Source: Candidatus Pacearchaeota archaeon
Lineage (GTDB): Archaea > Nanobdellota > Nanobdellia > Pacearchaeales > GW2011-AR1
NCBI GenBank assembly: GCA_016186365.1
Contig: JACPLT010000022.1
Location: 5,777-37,776 of the forward strand
DNA length: 32,000 nucleotides
Direction: 5' to 3'
In this document: piece after piece, positions 1 through 6,719 of the stretch
Layout of the letters: the number at the start of each line of letters is the position of its first letter
Numbering within the stretch: the first letter of the stretch is position 1
The notes under the pieces: generated by a model
What the model was told of the DNA's origin: nothing
Database searches by the model: none
The model's input: only the letters and a program-made list of their open reading frames with translations
Program-made: the position numbers and the translations under genes

Positions 1-360
1 GAGGAAAAAGCTTACCTTGGAATAGCGGTTTTCAAACAAGGAGAAAACAGCTTTCTTGGAAAAATTAGGAATAAATTAATTTTTTGGAAAGACCCAAATA
101 CATATTACAAAGAGAAATATTCTACAGATTTTATTTTGTTTATTTATAATTTGATATGGTGGATTGTGCTGATAAATATAAGCGTGGCATTGGGAAACAT
201 GCTTCCAGTTGGGATTGCCGACGGGGGAAGATATTTCTATCTTACTATGCTGAAGATAACCAGCTCAAAAAGAGCTGCAAAGATAGCATATAAAATATCA
301 ACTTATCTTATTTTAGCAATATTTGCATTCCTGACAATGAAATGGTTTCTAAGCTTGTAA
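1..360 (+). CDS. Peptidase M50 / site-2 protease family membrane protein, C-terminal part (5' end lies outside the window)
   Basis: Frame 1 is open from base 1 to TAA 358-360. It contains the M50 C-terminal motif N-x-L-P-x4-D-G-G (GNMLPVGIADGG) flanked by hydrophobic helices. Confidence 0.6.
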   Translation, partial: EEKAYLGIAVFKQGENSFLGKIRNKLIFWKDPNTYYKEKYSTDFILFIYNLIWWIVLINISVALGNMLPVGIADGGRYFYLTMLKITSSKRAAKIAYKISTYLILAIFAFLTMKWFLSL

Positions 361-426
361 AATTATTTTTAGAAAAGTATTTAAAGAAGAGAGGATATTA
401 TTTTTAAACAAAAAAGAGGTCAAAAA

Positions 427-495
427 ATGGTGAAAAAGAAAAAAACAAGTCACAAAAAGAGCAAAAGAAGCACTAAGAAAAAGAAGAGAAGATAA
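427..495 (+). CDS. 22-aa highly basic peptide (MVKKKKTSHKKSKRSTKKKKRR); possible small ribosomal-type protein, unassigned
   Basis: GAGGT at 416-420 lies 6 nt upstream of the ATG. A promoter-like GAAAAGTATTTAAAG sits at 372-386. About 100 nt of oligo-T tracts follow the stop. Confidence 0.35.
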   Translation: MVKKKKTSHKKSKRSTKKKKRR

Positions 496-597
496 TCTTT
501 CACATTTTTATTTTTTTATTTTTTTTATTTATTTTTTTGATTAAATTTTTATATTTATTTACCATTTTTTTCTTTTGTTTTTTTAGTTTTGTTTTTG
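496..597 (+). terminator. Extended oligo-T region (multiple T5-T9 runs), archaeal-type termination signals
   Basis: The sequence tttttatttttttattttttttatttatttttttg... lies directly after the stop at 493-495. Confidence 0.5.
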
Positions 598-758
598 TGT
601 TAAGTAATCTTTGTAACTTAACATCTCCGTGGGAAGCATATTATTGACAGAGAATTTGATTTTTCTCCCTCAATAATAGGGGAGAACAAATAAAATTCCT
701 GCTATACTATCAAATCAATACTAGGCATGGATGTTAAGTTTGATCATTTACTTAACAT
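598..758. repeat. Two copies of the palindrome TGTTAAGT-N10-ACTTAACA (598-623 and 732-757) flanking a third hairpin (663-686)
   Basis: The stems are perfect at 8-9 bp and both loops are 10 nt. The second copy overlaps the putative taw1 TATA (TTTACTTAA, first T at 747, 30 nt before ATG 777). Confidence 0.6.
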
Positions 759-776
759 TTTAAAAAAGTTTAAAAG

Positions 777-1769
777 ATGCCTGCTGTTTATTCTTTTATG
801 AACAAAAAAACTGCGGAAATATTAAAAAAGCAGCATTATTTTATAGCTGGAAAACATTCAGTTGTTCAAATTTGCAGATGGACTAAGAAATCTTTATTGA
901 ATGAGGGAGAATGCTATAAATCGGATTTTTATGGCATTAAAAGCTATGGCTGCTGTGAGATGTCTCCTGCAAGTGTTTTTTGTGATAATCATTGTTTACA
1001 TTGCTGGAGGGCTATTGAGAACAGCGAGGGCAATAGAATGTTCTTAAATGTTGATAAGCCCAAAACAATCATTGAAGAATGTATAAAAGGAAGAAAAAAA
1101 TTGCTTTCTGGATTTAAGGGAAACAAAAAAGTAAACATAAAAAAATGGGAAGAAGCACAAGAACCTTCGCATTTTGCCATCTCGCTTATTGGAGAGCCGA
1201 CTCTTTATCCTTGTATCACAGAAATGATTCAAGAATTAAAGAAAAGAAAAAAAATAACTTTTTTAGTTACCAATGGTTTGCATCCAGAAGTTTTAGAAAA
1301 AATGAATAAGAAGAAATGCCTGCCTACACAATTATATCTTTCTCTGAATACTCCAAATGAAGAGATGTATGATGAATGGCATAAATCAGATGTTAAAAAT
1401 GCCTGGAAAGTTTATAATAAAACTTTGAAGATATTTCCTAAACTGAAGACAAGAAAAGTAATTAGGATGACTCTAGTCAAGGGGCAAAATAGCAATATGA
1501 AAGATGATATGATAAATGACTATGCCGAGTTAATAAAAAAAGCAAACCCTGATTTTGTTGAAGTTAAGGGGTTTATGAGTATTGGTTTTTCAAGAAACAG
1601 AAAAGGAATGGGTTATGATGCTATGCCTAATCATGAAGAAGTGGAAGATTTTAGCAATAAACTGGCTAAGGCAGTTTGCTTGAAAATTCTTGATGAACAT
1701 AAATTTTCCAGAGTAATCCTTCTTGGAAAGTATAAGAATAAAATGAAAATTAAGAATGATGAGATTTAG
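777..1769 (+). CDS. taw1: tRNA 4-demethylwyosine synthase (radical SAM, TYW1/Taw1)
   Basis: It has the radical-SAM cluster motif C-x3-C-x2-C (FCDNHCLHCWR) preceded by YGIKSYGCCEMSP. Length and layout are typical of archaeal Taw1. Confidence 0.85.
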   Translation: MPAVYSFMNKKTAEILKKQHYFIAGKHSVVQICRWTKKSLLNEGECYKSDFYGIKSYGCCEMSPASVFCDNHCLHCWRAIENSEGNRMFLNVDKPKTIIEECIKGRKKLLSGFKGNKKVNIKKWEEAQEPSHFAISLIGEPTLYPCITEMIQELKKRKKITFLVTNGLHPEVLEKMNKKKCLPTQLYLSLNTPNEEMYDEWHKSDVKNAWKVYNKTLKIFPKLKTRKVIRMTLVKGQNSNMKDDMINDYAELIKKANPDFVEVKGFMSIGFSRNRKGMGYDAMPNHEEVEDFSNKLAKAVCLKILDEHKFSRVILLGKYKNKMKIKNDEI

Positions 1770-2490
1770 CTTCTGAAGCCAGGGAACAAAGCCAAGAAGC
1801 TAAATAAGAAGCTCTGCCCAAATTGTAAGGTTTAAACTCTCTGGCTACACATAAATTGGGAGCAAAATCTATCCTGCCCTCTGCGATAATTAAAGAGACG
1901 CAATTATTTTTCTGACGAATTTCAAATTCGGGTTTTAATTCCAGCATTTGTAAAATTCTTTGGAGAGGTTTTCTGTGTTGGGATTCATCAAAGTTTAAAG
2001 GAGTTTCATCTGAAAGAGGATAAACCAGCTCAAATTCAGATTCTGAAAAATGAACTTTATCTTCTGATTTTTTTGTCCATTTGGGAGCAGAAAAATCCTG
2101 AACTAGAAGCTCTAACGCTCTGGCAGCAACATTAAATGCCACCATTTTTCCAGTGATTCCGTCGATATTATGAGTTGAGATAAAATATCCTCCCAACATC
2201 ATCCCCCCAAGAGTGAACCATTCGCCTCCAGAAAAAATGTGAAATGTTAATCCCTTATACCCTATTTCGGATTTAGGATAGTATTTATCTTTCATTCCTA
2301 ATACTCGCATACTCTTTCTTGTTTCTTCAAGAAGAGGTTTTTCAATCGCTTCTCTTTTATTTTCAAGGAGTTTATCTAATTTTTCTATTTCTTCTGAATC
2401 TTGAGCAGGCCACATGTAACGAACTGCCTCATAAAAATCTGGCCAGAATAATCCAAAAGAATATTTTTTTGTTTCCATGGTCATAAGCAT
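1750..2490 (-). CDS. Hypothetical protein (246 aa), last gene of a four-gene operon
   Basis: Long ORF with normal coding composition. Its start overlaps the upstream gene by 10 nt, and its 3' end overlaps convergent taw1 by 20 nt. Confidence 0.6.
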   Translation of the reverse strand: MLMTMETKKYSFGLFWPDFYEAVRYMWPAQDSEEIEKLDKLLENKREAIEKPLLEETRKSMRVLGMKDKYYPKSEIGYKGLTFHIFSGGEWFTLGGMMLGGYFISTHNIDGITGKMVAFNVAARALELLVQDFSAPKWTKKSEDKVHFSESEFELVYPLSDETPLNFDESQHRKPLQRILQMLELKPEFEIRQKNNCVSLIIAEGRIDFAPNLCVAREFKPYNLGRASYLASWLCSLASEAKSHHS

Positions 2491-2837
2491 TCGAGTAATT
2501 TAATGTAGTCTAATATTATTGCCATAACTCCTGCAACTTGCTCACTTTTTGTTAGGTTATGGCCAATGTAAGAATTTTGGTTTGGAAATAAATCCAGCCC
2601 TGCTCTTTCTGGAGTTAAAGAGATGTGCATTAAACCATATTCTCCTACTGCCAACTCAACTCGCTCTTTCATTTCTTCTAATCTTCTGTCCGCAAAACCT
2701 ATTTTAGGGGCCAGTATCTGGTTAATCCTTTCTTTTGGAAATTTTCGAGCTGCTTCTTTCCATCCTGATGCTAATATAACAACAAGTTGAATGCCATATT
2801 CATTATCACTAAGCTGAATGTCTTCTAGAAATTTCAT
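2481..2837 (-). CDS. Hypothetical protein (118 aa)
   Basis: ORF within the operon. It shows weak motif similarity to the 246-aa neighbour (GL.HI...Y.G/S.HN[LI]). Confidence 0.55.
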   Translation of the reverse strand: MKFLEDIQLSDNEYGIQLVVILASGWKEAARKFPKERINQILAPKIGFADRRLEEMKERVELAVGEYGLMHISLTPERAGLDLFPNQNSYIGHNLTKSEQVAGVMAIILDYIKLLECL

Positions 2838-2859
2838 TTTTATTTTTTATTTTTATTAT

Positions 2860-3063
2860 TTATGTATGATTTTTTGCTAATTTATCAAATCGATTTCTCA
2901 TTTCTCCAAGTTCCTCGGGATTAACATCGCGATGGTCAAAGTAACACTCTCCATCTTCTATATGAAAAATTCTTAGATAATGCAGAATATCTCTATAATT
3001 GCTAGAGATTGCTCTCCCTAATTCTGTTATTCCACTACCTAGCCTATTTAATAAATTAGCCAT
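2860..3063 (-). CDS. Hypothetical small protein (67 aa from ATG 3063; the alternative start at 3078 gives 72 aa)
   Basis: ATG 3063 follows the upstream stop as TAAGATG, the same junction used at L1->P0 and L14->L24. Confidence 0.5.
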   Translation of the reverse strand: MANLLNRLGSGITELGRAISSNYRDILHYLRIFHIEDGECYFDHRDVNPEELGEMRNRFDKLAKNHT

Positions 3064-3064
3064 C

Positions 3065-3415
3065 TTACAAATAAACAATTCCTTCTTGAGTTAATACCAC
3101 TAAACGGATGCCCACTGGGAGTGAAAGCAGGGCAGAGATTAACGCCATGTGCTCCTTTCCTTCACCAGAAGCAATAGAAAGGGCAACTTCTGTTCCATTT
3201 ATTTTGCCTTTTAGCTTTTCTGCTATCTGCTTTTTCAGTTCTAAAATCTGCCTGTTTGTATCAATAGAAATAAATTCGTGATTTTTATCTGTTTCAAATT
3301 TCCCTGCGAATTCGCTTCCAATTAGAAATATGTTATCCCATTCTCCGCGGTTAATCAAGCCAGCTACCTGCCCCCAGCTCCCTTTTCCGGAGGATAATAA
3401 TGCTACTAGTTCCAT
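3065..3415 (-). CDS. Hypothetical protein (116 aa), small Rossmann-like alpha/beta protein; CARF-like glycine-rich motifs are a speculative reading
   Basis: It has beta1-Gly loop VALLSSGKGSWG and a later IASGEGKEHMA. TTATAAA lies 27 nt upstream of the ATG, consistent with a leaderless first gene. Confidence 0.55.
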   Translation of the reverse strand: MELVALLSSGKGSWGQVAGLINRGEWDNIFLIGSEFAGKFETDKNHEFISIDTNRQILELKKQIAEKLKGKINGTEVALSIASGEGKEHMALISALLSLPVGIRLVVLTQEGIVYL

Positions 3416-3564
3416 GAAAAATGTATGAAGGGGGAGTTTATAAGAATTTATATTGTAAAATGAAAATAAAAAGGTTTAAAAATGCCTGAAAATTGGAAGA
3501 TAAGTCATTCACTACATCGTTGAATGCAATTTTCTTGCATTAGACGCATTATGTAGGAGACATA

Positions 3565-3648
3565 TTCAAAAATGCACGAAACAAACAGCATTTTTGAAAT
3601 CCAGAAAATCAGGGATTTTCTGGCTTTTAAACTCTGAAGAGATTTAAA
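3565..3648 (+). repeat. Hairpin cassette copy in the L1 operon leader: module A (3565-3598), module B (3601-3623), CTTTT, weak C-like hairpin (3629-3645)
   Basis: A is TTCAAAAATGC / loop ACGAAACAAACA / GCATTTTTGAA. B is CCAGAAAAT / CAGGG / ATTTTCTGG. The same modules recur at 18492, 26515 and 27891. Confidence 0.85.
3572..3637 (+). other. Leader uORF (21 codons, MHETNSIFEIQKIRDFLAFKL) ending 12 nt before the rpl1 ATG
   Basis: The ATG lies inside the 5' arm of hairpin A. The same frame is open in all four A-B copies. Confidence 0.45.
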
Positions 3649-4296
3649 ATGGAAAATAAAACTATACTAGAAGCTTTAAAAAAGCTGAGAGCGAATGAGA
3701 AAAGAAAATTTCCACAGACAGTGGACTTAATTATTAATCTGAAGAATTTTGATATAAAAAGAGAGAGTGTCAATTTATTCTTAAATCTGCCGCATAAAAT
3801 AAAGGAAATAAAAGTGGCAGCATTTCTTGATAAAAAAAGCGGGATTATTGACAGCATTACAAAGCCGGAATTTGAAAGGTATAAAGATAAAAGAGTTATT
3901 AAAAAGCTGGTTAAAAATTATGACTTTTTTATGGCTTCTGCATCATTAATGCCTGCAATTGCATCAGCCTTTGGAAGATATCTTGGAAGCGCTGGAAAAA
4001 TGCCATCTCCACAGCTAGGTATAATAAAAGAGGAGTTAGACAGCGAGATTAAGAAAGTTGTTGAAAAAATGGAAAAAACAATAAAAGTAAAGAGTAAAGA
4101 GCCAAGCTTAAAGTTCGCAATAGGCAATGAAAATATGAGAGATGAAGATATAGCTGAAAATATTATTCTTGCGTATAATACTATACTTAATAGTTTATCA
4201 AAGAAAAAAGAGAATATCAAGTCAATTATGCTAAAATTTACTATGACAAAACCGATAAAATTAGAAGACCAAAAAAATGAAGAGGTGAAAAAGTAA
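3649..4296 (+). CDS. rpl1: 50S ribosomal protein L1 (uL1)
   Basis: uL1-like sequence (FPQTVDLIINLK...) in the conserved archaeal position upstream of P0 and P1. Confidence 0.9.
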   Translation: MENKTILEALKKLRANEKRKFPQTVDLIINLKNFDIKRESVNLFLNLPHKIKEIKVAAFLDKKSGIIDSITKPEFERYKDKRVIKKLVKNYDFFMASASLMPAIASAFGRYLGSAGKMPSPQLGIIKEELDSEIKKVVEKMEKTIKVKSKEPSLKFAIGNENMRDEDIAENIILAYNTILNSLSKKKENIKSIMLKFTMTKPIKLEDQKNEEVKK

Positions 4297-4297
4297 G

Positions 4298-5131
4298 ATG
4301 AAAGGGAAAACTGAAAAAAAACAGAATAGAAAGAAGGAAATTCCAAAGAAAAAACTGGACAGCGTGACAAATATCGCCAAATTAATAAAAGAAAGCAGTT
4401 CTGTTGTTCTTGTTTCAATTAAAAACCTCCCGACAAGCCAGTTTCAGCTTATAAAGAAAAAATTAAGGGGAAAAGCAGTAGTTATTGTAGCTAAAAAAAA
4501 TATAATAAAAAAAGCGATTGATGATTCAAAAAAAATTTCAATTCAGGATTTGAAGAAATATCTAAAAGAAGATTTGGCAATAATGTTTTCACAGGAAAAT
4601 CCTTTTGAGCTGTCATCTATTTTGTCCAGAAATAAATCTATGGCAAAGGCAAAGGCAGGGCAGGAAGCTTCAGAAGACATTACTATTGAACCTGGGCCAA
4701 CAGACCTTGTTCCTGGGCCGATAATATCCGAACTTTCAGGATTAGGGCTAAAATTCATAATTGAAGACGGAAAAATTAGCATAAAAGACAAGAAAGTAAT
4801 AGTAAAAGCCAAGGAAAAGATAAGCGAGGGGGCGGCTAGCATCATGTCTAAACTCGATATGAAGCCCGTAGCAATAGGATTAGAGCCATTAGTGGCATTT
4901 GATGCTAAAGAGAATAAGATATATGAGAATATAAAGATTGATTCAGACAAAACATTAGAAGAATTAAAACAGGCGAATGCAAAGGCATTAGCATTTGCAG
5001 TAAAAATTGCCTATCCCTGCAAGGAAACCATAAGATTTATCCTTGGAAAGGCATTGAGCCATTATCAGGCATTGGGCAAGCTTATTAAAACAGAGAATAT
5101 TCCACAAGAAAATACAACGGAGGCAAAATAA
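4298..5131 (+). CDS. rplP0: 50S ribosomal stalk protein P0 (uL10), short form lacking the acidic C-terminal tail
   Basis: It has a uL10 N-domain and a TAAGATG junction after rpl1. It ends ...IPQENTTEAK, without the GLSALFG-type tail seen in P1. Confidence 0.88.
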   Translation: MKGKTEKKQNRKKEIPKKKLDSVTNIAKLIKESSSVVLVSIKNLPTSQFQLIKKKLRGKAVVIVAKKNIIKKAIDDSKKISIQDLKKYLKEDLAIMFSQENPFELSSILSRNKSMAKAKAGQEASEDITIEPGPTDLVPGPIISELSGLGLKFIIEDGKISIKDKKVIVKAKEKISEGAASIMSKLDMKPVAIGLEPLVAFDAKENKIYENIKIDSDKTLEELKQANAKALAFAVKIAYPCKETIRFILGKALSHYQALGKLIKTENIPQENTTEAK

Positions 5132-5416
5132 ATGGAATATGTATATGGCGCCTTGCTATTGCATAAATTAGGACAGCCAGTAAGTGAAGAAAACTTGAAG
5201 AAAGTTATAACTGCTGCTGGAAGCAGTGTTGATGAAGCTAAAGTGAAAGTTTTAGCTGCAAGCTTGAAAGATATAGATATAGGGAAAGAGCTTGAATCTG
5301 CAACACTCGCAGTAGCTGCTGGACCAAGTGCAAGTGCAGGAACAGAGAAGAAAGAAGAAAAGAAAGAAGAAAAAGCTGCTGAAGCTGCTGAAGGATTAAG
5401 CGCACTCTTCGGATAA
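5132..5416 (+). CDS. rpl12: 50S ribosomal stalk protein P1 (aL12)
   Basis: Starts MEYVYGALLLH, has a KKEEKKEEK hinge and the canonical C-terminus GLSALFG. The junction with P0 is TAAATG. Confidence 0.9.
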   Translation: MEYVYGALLLHKLGQPVSEENLKKVITAAGSSVDEAKVKVLAASLKDIDIGKELESATLAVAAGPSASAGTEKKEEKKEEKAAEAAEGLSALFG

Positions 5417-5563
5417 ATTTTTATTATTGTTTTAATCTGAAGAGTTCGTTTACTTAGTTGTGACATTAAGGTTTGATTTTATAAATAACTTAATTTTTGG
5501 AGATTACTAAGGTTCAATAATAATTTATTGCTAAGTTTTTACAAATGTCTTTGCATTATTTGG

Positions 5564-5614
5564 CTATAGAAAATTCTGTTAATTGGATTATATTTTCTGA
5601 AGAATTTTCTATAG
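5564..5614. repeat. Perfect 14-bp inverted repeat CTATAGAAAATTCT (5564-5577) / AGAATTTTCTATAG (5601-5614) with a 23-nt loop
   Basis: Read directly from the 357-nt non-coding gap after rpl12. Confidence 0.7.
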
Positions 5615-5773
5615 AGTATATTTTGGATAATATCTATTTTATAACAATGAGGATTTTAGACAACACTTTGTGAAAGCTGGCTCAGAAGAAGATGATTAAA
5701 GTATTCACGAGAAATTTGAAGGAATTGCTCAAGCCCGTAAAATATTAGAGGAACTTGTTAAAAGGAAATAAAA

Positions 5774-6106
5774 TTAAGTGCAAACAGAGGATTCTTTTAT
5801 TTCTAAAGGAGTATTTTTATTAACTAAACTCCAATCGAGCTTAATCAAATTTTTGACAAATTGGTTATTTAAATTAAGCTTAAAATAATCAGATTTGCCA
5901 ATTTTTCGAGTTTTGCAAATAATCCCAGACTTGACAAAATAACTAAAAAAAAGTTTCAAAGAATTATAGCTTACATTGCTTTCTCTTGCTATTTCAGTCA
6001 TAGGATAATCAAAAAAATGATTGTCTATGAGAAAATCTATAACTCTAAGTTGAGGAGTGTCCCCAAATTGCATGAGGAATAAACTCTTGTTTTCTTTTAT
6101 TTTCAT
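5774..6106 (-). CDS. Winged-helix DNA-binding protein / small transcriptional regulator (110 aa from ATG 6106; the track starts at GTG 6121)
   Basis: HTH-like core DYPMTEIARESNVSYNSLKLFFSYFVKSGII followed by a wing. The TATA (GATTTAAATA) first T lies 30 nt upstream of ATG 6106, consistent with a leaderless start. Confidence 0.55.
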   Translation of the reverse strand: MKIKENKSLFLMQFGDTPQLRVIDFLIDNHFFDYPMTEIARESNVSYNSLKLFFSYFVKSGIICKTRKIGKSDYFKLNLNNQFVKNLIKLDWSLVNKNTPLEIKESSVCT

Positions 6107-6124
6107 AGTATAACCATACACTAT

Positions 6125-6142
6125 GGGCTATTTAAATCTTTC
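6125..6142 (-). promoter_or_regulatory. BRE/TATA-like promoter AAAGATTTAAATAG for the wHTH gene
   Basis: It matches the recurring GAAAGATTTATA-type motif in this window and has the same 29-30 nt TATA-to-ATG spacing. Confidence 0.5.
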
Positions 6143-6183
6143 TTTAAATGAAATTTATGTTTCAATAATAGAAACATTTAAAA

Positions 6184-6465
6184 ATGCTAGAATTTTATAT
6201 TAATATGGTTTCAGATTTAGAAAAAGCTCAGGTGATATTTAAGCTTGCCAGAAAAGATAACTGGAATAATTGTTATGATAGGGTAGAACATTTTAAGAGA
6301 TTCCAAAATTTACAAGAAATACTAAAAGAGCTTTCTAAAAAATGCTGGATTATCATCCACAACAAAGGGAAATTTACAGGAATATCGCTTAATACCCAAT
6401 ACAAAAAAGAGATTACTGAGTTTGTTGAAAAAGAGATGCCTCACATAAAAGGGATGATTGAGTAG
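6184..6465 (+). CDS. Hypothetical protein (93 aa), divergent from the wHTH gene
   Basis: ORF with AAATTTATG TATA-like element whose first T lies 30 nt upstream of the ATG. Confidence 0.5.
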   Translation: MLEFYINMVSDLEKAQVIFKLARKDNWNNCYDRVEHFKRFQNLQEILKELSKKCWIIIHNKGKFTGISLNTQYKKEITEFVEKEMPHIKGMIE

Positions 6466-6493
6466 TATCCTAATTTTTTTCTTGAAAAATCAA

Positions 6494-6505
6494 AAGATAT
6501 AAAAG
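6494..6505 (+). promoter_or_regulatory. TATA box (AGATATAAAAGC) placing a start site at about 6527
   Basis: The first T of TATAAAA is at 6498. Adding 29 nt gives 6527, which is the first base of the upstream copy of ATGCCGACGTGGGA. Confidence 0.5.
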
Positions 6506-6534
6506 CTTTATTTCTTTAGTTTATTTATGCCGAC

Positions 6535-6609
6535 GTGGGATACAGGAAATAAATTTCCTGTCTGTTCAACTCTTACGAGATTGAACACAATGGCAAACCA
6601 TTGTCCCAC
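6535..6609 (+). ncRNA. 75-nt cloverleaf-shaped structured element: either a tRNA leader or a non-canonical intron, not a canonical tRNA
   Basis: Closing stem GTGGGA 6535-6540 / TCCCAC 6604-6609. Arms are ACAGGAAAT/ATTTCCTGT (6542-6561), TGTTCAA/TTGAACA (6563-6587) and CAATGG/CCATTG (6588-6603), with 0-1 nt linkers. Confidence 0.45.
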
Positions 6610-6622
6610 AAATATGGCATAT

Positions 6623-6719
6623 GCCGACGTGGGACAATGGTACTCCGCTTGCCTTGAGCTTTATAAAAAAGTAAGCAAGTTTCCTTCGGGATATCCCAGT
6701 TCGATTCTGGGCGTCGGCG
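6623..6719 (+). tRNA. tRNA-Ser (anticodon UGA) with a 15-nt intron at the canonical 37/38 position (about 6659-6673); CCA is not encoded
   Basis: Acceptor is GCCGACG (6623-6629) / CGTCGGC (6712-6718). Anticodon stem is CTTGC/GCAAG with loop C-U-UGA-G-A. The long variable arm has a UUCG loop (6680-6694), the T arm is CCCAG-TTCGATT-CTGGG, and the discriminator is G. Confidence 0.75.

Noticed and set aside
3627-5466. Antisense ORFs over the L1-P0-P1 operon (3627-3857, 3918-4418, 4543-4950, 5065-5466)
   Set aside because: They give low-complexity hydrophobic translations opposite confidently identified ribosomal genes.
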